A DNA stretch of 63,256 nucleotides, counting the filler. It is 8 parts of 8 records of this genome, joined end to end, with 100 filler letters (N's around TTAATTAATTAA, not from the genome) between each part and the next. Parts side by side here need not be neighbours in the genome. Positions count along the whole stretch, not along the records: positions 37,884 to 40,932 come from SRR20825010_6637; positions 41,033 to 49,878 come from SRR20825010_6638; 6 more parts are not named here. One strand, given 5' to 3'. The position numbers and the translations under genes were made by a program. This document shows, piece by piece, positions 38,215 through 47,882 of the stretch. Within the stretch, counting starts at the first letter, position 1, and each line of letters starts with the position of its first letter. Below the pieces are notes generated by a model, which had not been told where the DNA came from, did not search any database, and was given only the letters and a program-made list of their open reading frames with translations.

Positions 38215-40932
38215 TCAGGCCGCCATCGTCGCGACGCCGACGACGACCTGGCTGCGGCCCCCTCCCTGGTCGACGACGTTGACCTGCGCGGCGAGGCGCT
38301 CGGCCACGGCTTCGACGTGCGAGATGACGCCGATCTGACGGCCGCTCGCGTGGAGGTGGTCGAGGACCTCCAGGACGAGCTCGAGGCTCTCGGGGTCCAG
38401 GGTGCCGAAGCCCTCGTCGATGAAGAGCGACTCGATCGGGGTCTTCTCCGAGGAGAGCGCGGAGAGGCCGAGGGCGAGGGCGAGCGAGGCGAGGAAGGTC
38501 TCGCCGCCGCTCAGGCTGCGGAGGCTCCGGATCTCGTCGCCCATCTCGCGGTCGATGACCTGGAGCTCGAGGTCTTCGCCCGGGACGCGCTGCAGCTGGT
38601 AGCGCGGGTGCAGGGCGGAGAGCTGCTGGTTCGCGTAGCCGAGCAGGATGTCGAGGGTCAGGCCCTGGGCGAACAGGCGGAAGCGCTTGCCGTCGCTCGA
38701 GCCGATGAGCGCCGAGAGCTGGGCCCAGCGCTCCGCCTCGGCGCGCGCTGCGGTGAGCTCCGTGGCGATCGCGGCAGTCCTGGCGCGGTTCTGGTCGTCG
38801 GCGTGCAGCTGCCCCCTCACCTCGATCAGCGCCTCTCGGGCTTCGGCCGCGCGGGCTCGCGCCTGGTCGAGGTGCTCGGACAACGCCGCCTCCTCGTGCT
38901 GAGGCGGCTGCGCCTCGTGCGCGTCGAGTCGCGCTTGGCGGTCGCCCCGCTTGACGCGGGCGTCGGCGAGCGCGCGCTCCAACGCCCCGAGCTGTCGGCC
39001 CTTCTCTTCGAGCCAGGCCGGCGGGCGGTCGAGCAGCGCTTCGAGCTCGTCGCGCGTGAAGCCGGCGTCGGCGAGCCAGGTGTCGAGCTCTTCGCGCGTG
39101 CGCTGGAGGGCGCCAACGGTCTCGGTCACCCGCCGGTCTGCGGCCTGGGCGGCGCTCTCGGCGCGTCCGGCGGTCTCCGCCGCCTCGGCGGCTCGCGCGG
39201 TGAGCCGCGCGGCCTCCCCATTCGCCTCTTCCGCGGCGCGGCGGAGGGCGGCCTCGTATTCGTTCGCGTCGCGACCCCCGAGCAGCGCGCCTCGGGCCGC
39301 CTCGACCTCGGCGTGCTGAGCCGTCGCGTTCGCGGCTTCGCTGGCCCGGGCTTCGTGTTCGCGCTCCGCGACCGAGAGCCGGCGGTTGGCGTCGTCCAGG
39401 CTCCGTCGCAGGTGGGCCTGCCGCGCCTCCGCGTCACGGCGACGCTCGTGAGCGCCGGCCCACTCCGCGGCCCGGGCGCGCCACCGCTCGACGAACGCCA
39501 TCGCGTCGGGCGCGAGCTCCGCGCGCCACTCGACGGAGCCGAAGGCGTCGTCCAGCTCGGCCAGGAGGCCGGCCCGCCGGGCCGCGAGGGTCTCCTCCCG
39601 TGCGTCGAGCCCGGACCGCTCGCTGGCGAGCTTCGCGAGCTCGGTACGGAGCAGGTTGGCGTGCGCGCTCGCGCGCTGTTGCTCGTTCACGGCGTCGGCG
39701 TGCGCTCTCGAGGCACGGTCGAGCTCGTCGTCCAGGCTCCGGCGGAGCGCCTGGGCGAACTCGAGCCCGCGACGCGAGCCCTCCAGTCGCGCGTGGACGG
39801 CGACGGGATCTTCTCCCAACCTCGCCCGGAGGCTCGCGGCGGCGCGACGGTGGTCCTCCAGCTCGAGCTCGTGCTGCGCGATTCTCTGGAGGTGGGCTTC
39901 GAGCGCTCCGCGCTTCGACTCCAGCGTGCCTTCCGCGGTCGCCCGCTCGGTCTGATGCGAACGGTGCGCGTCACGCGCCTCCCGCAGCTGCGCCTCGCTC
40001 TCGGTGAGGAGCGTCGCGGGGGCGTCGCCGCTGGCGAACGGGTGCTCGACGGCGCCGCAGAGCGGGCAAGGCTCCCCCTCCTCCAGGCGCGCGCGCTGAT
40101 CTTCGAGGCCCAACGCGGCGCGAGCGAGCCCGTACATGCGCTCGGCGTCGTCGAGACGGCGCGCCAGCCCCGGCTGCTCGTCCTCCAGGCGTGCGAGCGC
40201 CTCCTCGAGCGCTCCGATCTCTGCGTCGAGCGTCGTGGTCGCGCCACGAAGGCCGTCGAGCTCTTCGCTCGCGCGCAGGATCGCGCGATCGGTCCGCTCG
40301 AGCTCCCCGAGGTCGCGGTCGAGGTCGACGATGCGCGCGCGGACCGCCTCGGTGTCGACTCGCCGCGCCAGGCGGGCGCCGTCCCGCGCGTCGGCGAGCG
40401 TCGCTTCGCGTCGGCGGAAGGTCTCCTCCGCGCGACGCTCGGCCTCGCTCGCGTGTGCTCGGTCTTCGTCCAGTCGAAGCTGGCGCTGGTCGAGCGCGCG
40501 TCGGGCTCGGTGCGAGCTGGCGAGCTCGGTCTCCGTGCCCGCGAGCGTCTTCAGCGCGCGCTCGTGCTGCGGCCAGTCGCTCAGGACGCTGGCATGTTCG
40601 CGGAGCGCGTCGAGCTTTGCGACGGCGGCATCGAGCGTGTCCTCGTTTCCCTGGAGAGCTGCCGCGTGAGCGCTGGCCTCGTTCGCGGTCTCCTCCACCC
40701 GGCGTCGCGCGTCGGCGAGCTGCTCGGTGGCGGCGTCGAGCGCCTCCCGCACCCGGGCCCGCCGCAGGTCGAGCTCTCGCGCAGCTTCGATGTCGGGCTG
40801 GGCGCGTCGCAGTGCGTCGCCTCGCGCTTCGGCCTCCTCCTTCGCGGTGGCCTCCGCGGCGCGGGCTACGTCGCGGGCGGCGCTGGTCTCCGCCGCCTCT
40901 GCCTGAGCGGCGGTCCGATCGCTGTGCGCCTT
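38215..40932 (-). CDS. sbcC: SbcC/Rad50 SMC-family ATPase, 5'-truncated
   Basis: Coiled coil, zinc hook CPLCG, LIGSSDGKRFRLFAQGLTL, signature LSGGETF, Walker B LFIDEGFGTLD, GVISHV. Confidence 0.93.
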   Translation of the reverse strand, partial: KAHSDRTAAQAEAAETSAARDVARAAEATAKEEAEARGDALRRAQPDIEAARELDLRRARVREALDAATEQLADARRRVEETANEASAHAAALQGNEDTLDAAVAKLDALREHASVLSDWPQHERALKTLAGTETELASSHRARRALDQRQLRLDEDRAHASEAERRAEETFRRREATLADARDGARLARRVDTEAVRARIVDLDRDLGELERTDRAILRASEELDGLRGATTTLDAEIGALEEALARLEDEQPGLARRLDDAERMYGLARAALGLEDQRARLEEGEPCPLCGAVEHPFASGDAPATLLTESEAQLREARDAHRSHQTERATAEGTLESKRGALEAHLQRIAQHELELEDHRRAAASLRARLGEDPVAVHARLEGSRRGLEFAQALRRSLDDELDRASRAHADAVNEQQRASAHANLLRTELAKLASERSGLDAREETLAARRAGLLAELDDAFGSVEWRAELAPDAMAFVERWRARAAEWAGAHERRRDAEARQAHLRRSLDDANRRLSVAEREHEARASEAANATAQHAEVEAARGALLGGRDANEYEAALRRAAEEANGEAARLTARAAEAAETAGRAESAAQAADRRVTETVGALQRTREELDTWLADAGFTRDELEALLDRPPAWLEEKGRQLGALERALADARVKRGDRQARLDAHEAQPPQHEEAALSEHLDQARARAAEAREALIEVRGQLHADDQNRARTAAIATELTAARAEAERWAQLSALIGSSDGKRFRLFAQGLTLDILLGYANQQLSALHPRYQLQRVPGEDLELQVIDREMGDEIRSLRSLSGGETFLASLALALGLSALSSEKTPIESLFIDEGFGTLDPESLELVLEVLDHLHASGRQIGVISHVEAVAERLAAQVNVVDQGGGRSQVVVGVATMAA

Positions 40933-41032
40933 NNNNNNNNNNNNNNNNNNNNNNNNNNNNNNNNNNNNNNNNNNNNTTAATTAATTAANNNNNNNNNNNN
41001 NNNNNNNNNNNNNNNNNNNNNNNNNNNNNNNN
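40933..41032. other. Artificial contig spacer
   Basis: N44-TTAATTAATTAA-N44. Confidence 0.99.
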
Positions 41033-41033
41033 T

Positions 41034-41219
41034 TTTGTAACAACAAACAAGCACCTTCCAAATATTCCTTCAGCAGAAGAAGTAGTAGCAGACGGTATTG
41101 ACTTAGGAGAGATGTCAGCAAAATTGCTTGAGAAGATCGAAGAATTAACACTTTACATTATTGAGCAAGACAAGAAAATCAATGCTTTAGAAGAAGTAGT
41201 GAATGAAATAAATAAATAA
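41034..41219 (+). CDS. C-terminal fragment of a Bacteroidota tail-fibre-like / S74-chaperone-type protein
   Basis: Manual translation NKHLPNIPSAEEVVADGIDLGEMSAKLLEKIEELTLYIIEQ, a common C-terminal motif of this family. Confidence 0.8.
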   Translation, partial: FVTTNKHLPNIPSAEEVVADGIDLGEMSAKLLEKIEELTLYIIEQDKKINALEEVVNEINK

Positions 41220-41237
41220 CCTCCTAGAACTGATCTT

Positions 41238-44200
41238 ATGAAAACAATTCTAGGAGTACTCGTAATACTATTCATTTTTACTTTTGGAGCGAATGCTCAA
41301 GAGTTTGATCCGAATAAAACTTTTTCAGAAATTGTTGCTGAAAGAGAGGCCTATTTTGCCGATCAACGTCAATTATACGGTGATGATGCATTATTGACCG
41401 AAGGAGGAGAATTTAATGAATACCGCAGATGGTATGAATTCTGGTTGCCGCGTATCGCACCGAATAGTACAATGTCTGAATTCTACGCCCGATTGGGAGA
41501 TCCAGAAGCACTACCAAGCCAAAAATCCGCAGGAAATATAGATGATTGGTATGAACTTGGTCCAATAGATAAACCAATTGCAGGAATCGAAAACATTGGT
41601 AATGGTGGAAGCGATAGAGGAATTGGAGTAATCAACTCTCTGTTCATTCATCCGAATAATCCCAAATTGCTTCTTGCAAACTCAAAAGCTGGCGGACTAT
41701 TTTCATCTTTTGATAAGGGACAAAGCTGGACAAACGCTGGTTCTGACGAATGGTGGAGATCTGGATGTCACGCGATGGCTTTTGCTCCAAATACTGAAAA
41801 AACATGGTATGCAGCGTCAACGATGGGCGGAACCTACTACTCTCCTCCAATCGGAGCAAATGGTGGAGTTTACCGTACAGATAATTCAGGACTTGTTTGG
41901 AAAATTATTGCTGATAAGTACGACTTCGATTCAAACCCAAGCATTGGTGAAACAGTATTTGTAAATAGTATTAAAATTGATCCAGTGAACCCAAACATCG
42001 GTTATCTTGGAACTAACATCGGTTTATACAGAAGTACAAATATCAACGATCCAACGCCTTCAAATGTAATTTGGAAAAAAGTACTGGATGATTATGTAGA
42101 GGATATCGAGTTCAAAATGGATGGTTCATCTATTGCCTTTATTTCGCATAAAAACACATCCAATCAGTGGTTTGTGTCTTCAACAGTAGACGGAGGAAAT
42201 ACATGGAATCCACTGCCTGGTTACTCATTTAGCTCAGCTACTAAGCAAATCGTTATCGAAGTAAGTCAAGCTAATTCAAATTTACTTTGGGTTCTAGACA
42301 GAGAAGGTTCAGCCAAACTGAGAATCTTTAATTATTCAGGTTCTTCTTGGTTAATGCAACCACCCTCTTTCACAAATCAAGTTGGTTGGGGACACGGATT
42401 TGGAGTTTCACATTTTAACTCCAATATAATCTATGTTTCAAATTATGACCGCTTTCAGAAGTCAACGGATGGAGGTGCGACTTTCACCACTATAACGATG
42501 AGTACGGGAGCTCCAGCAACTAGGTACCATGCAGATGTGGAAGATATTGTAACTCCTTACGCACTTTGCCCAAACTGTGCATCAAGTGTCAATGAAGTTT
42601 ACGTAGCAACGCATGGTGGAGTCAATTATTCTAACGACAATGTTGCAACACTTTCAACGCGAAGCAGAGGACTTGGAGTTGCAAAAATTACTGAACCAAG
42701 CAGCGCTGCTCTTAATCCTGAAGAAATATCTATGGGATTAGATCATGATGGAACTGTTTTGAGTGATGGTACTTTTGGTCAAAACTGGACTCCGAGTTGG
42801 AAAACAATTCATTATGGAGATGGAGGAATGACGCAAATCGATTATTCAAATTCGGACGTTTTGTGGTATGAATCACAAGTGAGTCCGCCAAGAGTATCGG
42901 TCGACAGGGCTGTAACAACGCAAGCAACCAATTTTCCATTGTCGAATGACTTCTACGTTGAAATGATTCAAAATCAAACGTTTCCGAAAATTCTGTATTC
43001 AAAGGCTCGCGCAGGCGGAACTAGCACACAGTATGAGGAAGTTTATCGTTCAAACAACTATGGCTTGAGTGGAAGTACAACTGAGCAAATCTCAGATTTT
43101 CAATTACTGTTAGCACCAAATCAATGGGTGTGGGGAATTTTTCCAGCTAGGACTAATCCAAACTACCTATATGCTAACGTAAACGCTAATGCACCAACTT
43201 GGGAAGGTCATTTTTACCGAACTCAAATTGCGTTAGATCCAACCGCTTCAACTGTTAAAACGTCATGGAAAGAGCTTCCAGTTCCGTATAACGGAAGCGT
43301 GAAAGCCGTGGATGTACGTGATGAAGATGTAGTGTACTTTGGATCCGGAGGTCAACCATGGGATCCAATTTTCAAACTGTATGTTGTGGATTACTCAAAT
43401 CCAGCTACTGCGATATCCACGATGATAGATATTTCAGGAGATCCTATGACAGGAGGTCTTCCAGATATGCCAATCAACAGCCTTGTTCAAGAACTTGGAA
43501 GTAATGGTGGAATCTATGTATCTACTGATATTGGTGTGTTCTACGCTAACAATACAACGATCATTCCTAATGGAACGTGCGTTTGGAAGGAGTTAGGGAC
43601 TAACTTACCGAATATTCCACTCGGAAAACTTGAAATCAACTATGTTGCAAATAAAGTTAGAGTTGGAACTCCAGGACGTGGAATCTGGGAACATGACTTA
43701 TGGTGTCCAGCAGTCGCAAATGCAACGTACTCAGGAGCACAAACGGGTACTCAATTCCTAGAAGTTTACGGATGGATCAATTCGACAGCATCCATTACTG
43801 GAAGTTCGAAGATAACATATCGAGCTGCGACAGAGATTAATCTGAATCCTGGCTTTATAGCGTTACCTTCTGGAGGTTTGGCTGGATACTTCGAAGGATT
43901 TATTCATGGTTGCTCGGTTGTTGGAAGTAGTCCAAACTTGAAAAACTTGGATGAAGTTGAAGATCAAAACCCAACAAGCACTGGAACAGAACTTCGTCCT
44001 ATTGAGCCTGAAATTAGAGCGTTCCCGAATCCTTCTGAAGGATTATTTACGTTGGATATTAAGAACGATCAGATTTATGATGTAACTGTTTACAGTTCAA
44101 CAGGAACAGAGATGATTCGCTTCAATCAAACAATTGTAAACAATTTGAAACTCGATTTATCGATGTTTGAAGCAGGAGTTTATTTTGTCAGATGCAGTAA

Positions 44201-44240
44201 TGCAAATGATTTCAAGTCAATTACGATCTTGAAAAAATAG
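41238..44240 (+). CDS. T9SS-secreted BNR/Asp-box beta-propeller (VPS10/sortilin-like) protein
   Basis: Signal peptide, SFDKGQSW, STVDGGNTW, STDGGATF Asp-boxes, YHADV, STDIGVF, TPGRGIWE, INLNPGF module, FPNP...GVYFV CTD. Confidence 0.88.
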   Translation: MKTILGVLVILFIFTFGANAQEFDPNKTFSEIVAEREAYFADQRQLYGDDALLTEGGEFNEYRRWYEFWLPRIAPNSTMSEFYARLGDPEALPSQKSAGNIDDWYELGPIDKPIAGIENIGNGGSDRGIGVINSLFIHPNNPKLLLANSKAGGLFSSFDKGQSWTNAGSDEWWRSGCHAMAFAPNTEKTWYAASTMGGTYYSPPIGANGGVYRTDNSGLVWKIIADKYDFDSNPSIGETVFVNSIKIDPVNPNIGYLGTNIGLYRSTNINDPTPSNVIWKKVLDDYVEDIEFKMDGSSIAFISHKNTSNQWFVSSTVDGGNTWNPLPGYSFSSATKQIVIEVSQANSNLLWVLDREGSAKLRIFNYSGSSWLMQPPSFTNQVGWGHGFGVSHFNSNIIYVSNYDRFQKSTDGGATFTTITMSTGAPATRYHADVEDIVTPYALCPNCASSVNEVYVATHGGVNYSNDNVATLSTRSRGLGVAKITEPSSAALNPEEISMGLDHDGTVLSDGTFGQNWTPSWKTIHYGDGGMTQIDYSNSDVLWYESQVSPPRVSVDRAVTTQATNFPLSNDFYVEMIQNQTFPKILYSKARAGGTSTQYEEVYRSNNYGLSGSTTEQISDFQLLLAPNQWVWGIFPARTNPNYLYANVNANAPTWEGHFYRTQIALDPTASTVKTSWKELPVPYNGSVKAVDVRDEDVVYFGSGGQPWDPIFKLYVVDYSNPATAISTMIDISGDPMTGGLPDMPINSLVQELGSNGGIYVSTDIGVFYANNTTIIPNGTCVWKELGTNLPNIPLGKLEINYVANKVRVGTPGRGIWEHDLWCPAVANATYSGAQTGTQFLEVYGWINSTASITGSSKITYRAATEINLNPGFIALPSGGLAGYFEGFIHGCSVVGSSPNLKNLDEVEDQNPTSTGTELRPIEPEIRAFPNPSEGLFTLDIKNDQIYDVTVYSSTGTEMIRFNQTIVNNLKLDLSMFEAGVYFVRCSNANDFKSITILKK

Positions 44241-44255
44241 CATCCTTAAAATGGT

Positions 44256-44293
44256 AAAAAGGGATCGTAGCTTAATTGCTGCGATCCCTTTTT
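44256..44293. terminator. Bidirectional intrinsic terminator
   Basis: AAAAAGGGATCGTAGC-TTAATT-GCTGCGATCCCTTTTT between convergent genes. Confidence 0.9.
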
Positions 44294-44314
44294 CTTGTCT
44301 TCTAACTTCAATCT

Positions 44315-46024
44315 CTATTTCTTCCAATGCTCATAAGACCGAACCTGAAGATGATTTTGATCTTCTATTCGCTTCACACTATAAATGTTGTAGAAATATC
44401 TATTCACCTCAGGAAAAGTAAATTCCATAAGTTGTCCTTTTCGTTCAACAGAAAGGGTTTTCGTGTCATCATCAAAGTAATTGAGCCACTTATCCAATTC
44501 TCCGTTGCACATAAAACCATTTACGGCTACTACTTTATCTTCCAACATGAGTCCCGAAGTTTCCGCTGGACCACCTGGATACATTGAAGTTATCAAAATC
44601 CCATCAGGCGAAATCACCGTTTTAAATCCGAGTCTTCCCTCAGAATATCGTGGAGAAGGTTCATGAACCAACTCTAATCCAAGATAATCCAAACTCTCTG
44701 TGATTATCGATTCGTAAGGACGAGTTCCGTTGATGTAATCATCAAAAAATGCATCAAACGACTCCCCTGCTATTTCCTCAATTGTATTTTTATAATCCGC
44801 TTCAGAAACGCCTTTTCCTTTCAGTGCGAAATCAAAATAAAGCATTCTCATAACATCATCTAGCCCAGCTTTGTTTCCTGTTGCCCGCAAAATTCGAACA
44901 TCGGTAACAAATGCCAAGAGACAACCTTCCGTATAAATGGAAACTTTTCTCCCAGGGGCTCCCGCTTCATATCCATCTAACCACGTGTCATAAGAAGAAT
45001 CCGCTACCGAATAATTAAATCTTCCATGGTTATCAAAATGCTTCTGCAATTGACGATTGAATTCAAAAAAGTATTGATCATCATTAAAAACCCCACTTTT
45101 TAGCAAAAACAAATCTCCCATGTACGTTGTAACGCCTTCGCAGATGTAGCCCAAACGAGAGTAATTCTCTTTCGAAAAATCGTATGGCTGCATTTCAATT
45201 GGGCGAATGGTTTTCACATTCCATGTATGATAAAGTTCATGTGAACTCACTCCTAGCAATTCTTTATACATATCGCCAAACACCTCGTACGAAGGACCAA
45301 GTGCAATTACTGTAGACTTTTTATGCTCTACTCCGTGGTATGCACGGTAAGGAAGAATTTGATTCAAAAAATGGTATTCTTTCACTGGAAATTCTAAAAA
45401 CTTCCCAATTTGACTATCCGTAAAGCGTTTAAAGTCTGTTAGAACGCGGTCCCAATCAGGTTTCACTTCTCCGTTAAACCAAACATTGAATGTTGTATTT
45501 CCGCTTTCATAACTTCTGTGCTGTAATTGCCCAGAACAGATGAATGGAGAATCGAAAAGGGTATCAAAATTCTCTGCACAATAGACACCGTCCTTTTCTT
45601 CCATCGACCCAGCAAACTTCCAATAAGCGGGAACATTTAGTGTCAACTCTATTTCAGAATCTACACTTTCATCTGTGTAGACGCAGCAATTCACTGGATT
45701 TACATACAATTGATCGCTGTTCAAAAAGGTTGAACCAGCATTAAGATCTTTCGCATAGTAACCATACTTGACCGTAATTTGCGACATATCTTTTGTTTCA
45801 ACTATCCATCGATCTTTCGCTACTTTTTTTGCATCCACAGGAACATTATTCGAATCGAAGACTTTAAAATTCCGAACATTTTTAGCGAAGTTTCCTAGTT
45901 CGTAGCGACCTGGTCTCCAGCTTGGCATTTGAATTATTGTAAGATCTTCAGACGTTTGAAATAGCGCAGAAATCTGAATATACTGCGTATTCGGTTGTGG
46001 GATATCGAATGTAAACTTTACCAT
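44315..46024 (-). CDS. M61 glycyl aminopeptidase with PDZ domain
   Basis: PSWRPGRY, GVEH, HELYHTWNVK (HExxH), EGVTTY, C-terminal GGPAETSGL PDZ. Confidence 0.93.
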   Translation of the reverse strand: MVKFTFDIPQPNTQYIQISALFQTSEDLTIIQMPSWRPGRYELGNFAKNVRNFKVFDSNNVPVDAKKVAKDRWIVETKDMSQITVKYGYYAKDLNAGSTFLNSDQLYVNPVNCCVYTDESVDSEIELTLNVPAYWKFAGSMEEKDGVYCAENFDTLFDSPFICSGQLQHRSYESGNTTFNVWFNGEVKPDWDRVLTDFKRFTDSQIGKFLEFPVKEYHFLNQILPYRAYHGVEHKKSTVIALGPSYEVFGDMYKELLGVSSHELYHTWNVKTIRPIEMQPYDFSKENYSRLGYICEGVTTYMGDLFLLKSGVFNDDQYFFEFNRQLQKHFDNHGRFNYSVADSSYDTWLDGYEAGAPGRKVSIYTEGCLLAFVTDVRILRATGNKAGLDDVMRMLYFDFALKGKGVSEADYKNTIEEIAGESFDAFFDDYINGTRPYESIITESLDYLGLELVHEPSPRYSEGRLGFKTVISPDGILITSMYPGGPAETSGLMLEDKVVAVNGFMCNGELDKWLNYFDDDTKTLSVERKGQLMEFTFPEVNRYFYNIYSVKRIEDQNHLQVRSYEHWKK

Positions 46025-46154
46025 GACACTAATTTTATTCAAAGTTAATGATCTCAGCCTTCAAAGAGACATTTTGATACAAATTCTAGAACCTGAAAAA
46101 TGCTATTCCCCTCTTATTCAGAAGTTTTTTTTCTTGTGTTTCAGAAAAGCGTTG

Positions 46155-46162
46155 TACCTTTG
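46155..46162 (+). promoter_or_regulatory. Bacteroidota -7 promoter element
   Basis: TACCTTTG 40 bp before ATG 46203. Confidence 0.7.
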
Positions 46163-46202
46163 CGCCGATTATCCCCTAATTAGTCAATTACAATACACTA
46201 GA

Positions 46203-47099
46203 ATGATTTCAATAAACTCCCACTTTTTTAAGCTTTTTATTCCGACAATTTCTGTAATAGCGCTTTGTTTTTCTTCTTATTCACAATCCGTTACGGTAGG
46301 TAATGGAATTTGTGAGCTACCTGTTTTTGAAGACTGGAGTAAAGGAAATGGTTCAAAACCTTGTTCATGCAGTTGGATTGATAACGAAACAAAATTCTAT
46401 GTATGTTCTTATGGAAACTGCGGGAACTTATACTATAGCGAATGTGTTTCAAACGATTGTGCAGGTGGTCAAGCATCTCCTTCTGGTTGGTATCAAGGTG
46501 CAGGAAATAGTGGTTTCCAGACGTGTATTATGATTCTTCCTGTGGAATTATCTGAATTCAAAGGAACATCTGCTAACTCCAGAATCGAATTAATGTGGCA
46601 AACATTGAGTGAAAGAAATTGTTCTCACTTCGAAGTATATCACTCAGAAAATGGAATTGATTTTGAAATACTTACATCAACAAATGCCGCTGGAAACTCT
46701 GTTGAAGTGAACAATTACCTTTTTTATCATCAAAAGGCGCCGATTGGTATCAACTACTACAAATTGAGAATTGTCGATGTAAATGGTGAATTTGAGGAAT
46801 CAAATGTTATTGCTGTGGATAACCGTCCAGCCACGGGAAATCAATTATTCTCAAACCTTTACCCAAACCCAGCGAACGAATCTATTAAGTTCGATTATTT
46901 AGGAAAGGAAATAGAAGATCCTATTTACCTCGAAATAGTTTCATCAACAGGAAGACTGGTTCACAGTGAGACGATTTTTATTTCTTCTAGTGTACATGAA
47001 ATCGCAACAAATGTCGAAACTCTTGAGTCGGGTTTATACATCGTTCGCATAAATCAGCTGCAAAAGAGTGAAATCAAACACCTAACTATTCAACGATAA
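46203..47099 (+). CDS. T9SS-secreted protein: small Cys-rich domain + LPVEL Ig-like domain + CTD
   Basis: Signal ending SYS-Q, eight Cys in about 75 aa, LPVELSEF...YYKLRIVD, LYPNP...GLYIV. Confidence 0.85.
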   Translation: MISINSHFFKLFIPTISVIALCFSSYSQSVTVGNGICELPVFEDWSKGNGSKPCSCSWIDNETKFYVCSYGNCGNLYYSECVSNDCAGGQASPSGWYQGAGNSGFQTCIMILPVELSEFKGTSANSRIELMWQTLSERNCSHFEVYHSENGIDFEILTSTNAAGNSVEVNNYLFYHQKAPIGINYYKLRIVDVNGEFEESNVIAVDNRPATGNQLFSNLYPNPANESIKFDYLGKEIEDPIYLEIVSSTGRLVHSETIFISSSVHEIATNVETLESGLYIVRINQLQKSEIKHLTIQR

Positions 47100-47882
47100 T
47101 CGTTGGTTGAACAGTGAATCAAACTTCGATAGAAGCGCACAACGAAGTAGCACCGTAGGTAAAGCTTGATTTAACCACTGAACCGCCACTTTTGGGTGAG
47201 TGCTGTTATAAGGCGTTTTTCTCTGTCTTTTCGTCATTTGCTTTCAAATTTATTCCAAATGTCATAAAGTTCGTTTACTTCTGTCCTCACGAAATACTTG
47301 TCCCATAGCTCACAATTGCTCATATAAACCATACACTCTCCAAATTTTAAATATTGAGTTTGCGGAATTTTCTTTTTCCTTAAACACTTTCTTAAGATTT
47401 CAAGCCTTGCCTTTTCGTCTAAGTCAATAATATTTGAAATCTGCTCAATCTAATCTTCTGTAAATCTGTCCTTTATAGAATCAAAGTCTTTTATCACGTT
47501 CCAATCTTTTTTTGCCCCCATACCAATATCCACTCTTCTGAATCGTCCTTTTTGTAAAGTAAAGTTTAGTTCGTCTTTTCTTTCAAAGTCAATGTTGTTC
47601 TTTATCAGTTCGTACTAAAACATTTCGTTAGCAACTCCAATAGTCTCTTTCCACATTGCCAGTATGTCATTTGTAATGGATTTTAATTTAGTCAATGTGA
47701 AATGTTCGCTGTTTAGTCTTTCAGTCCAATAGTTACCGTGATTAATTATTGCTTCTTTCGTCTTAGAGTCAAATAAATCAAAGTCATTTAATAGGTCATT
47801 CTATATTTGAATTGTCCTTAAAAGTTGTTGTTTATATTCTGACTTCATTTCTGTCATTTTCATCTTTAAAAATGCCTGTAAC
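47100..47882 (-). mobile_element. Integron-cassette-like unit (single ORF between GTT/AAC inverted ends, truncated attC-like tail)
   Basis: Minus strand begins GTTACAGGCATTTTT just before the ATG and reads AAAAACGCCTTATAAC 13 nt after the stop; the two ends are complementary apart from one extra base and two substitutions. Confidence 0.6.
47234..47863 (-). pseudogene. 209-codon hypothetical gene with three in-frame TAG stops and no frameshift
   Basis: Manual translation MKMTEMKSEYKQQLLRTIQI*NDLL...EMF*YELIKN...FTED*IEQI...IWNKFESK-TGA; TAGs at 47801-47803, 47615-47617, 47450-47452. Confidence 0.85.

Noticed and set aside
38215-40932. SMC ATPase as part of a Wadjet- or Lamassu-type defence system
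   Set aside because: Zinc hook and FAQGLTL/DEGFGTLD motifs fit housekeeping SbcC; no partner genes are visible on this 3-kb contig
38317-40980. 887-aa plus-strand ORF and other long ORFs overlapping sbcC
   Set aside because: Antisense or alternate-frame shadows expected at very high GC; the sbcC frame carries all the motifs
41034-41219. Tail-fibre-like C-terminus as evidence of a prophage
   Set aside because: This motif is common in chromosomal Bacteroidota surface proteins, and no phage genes follow
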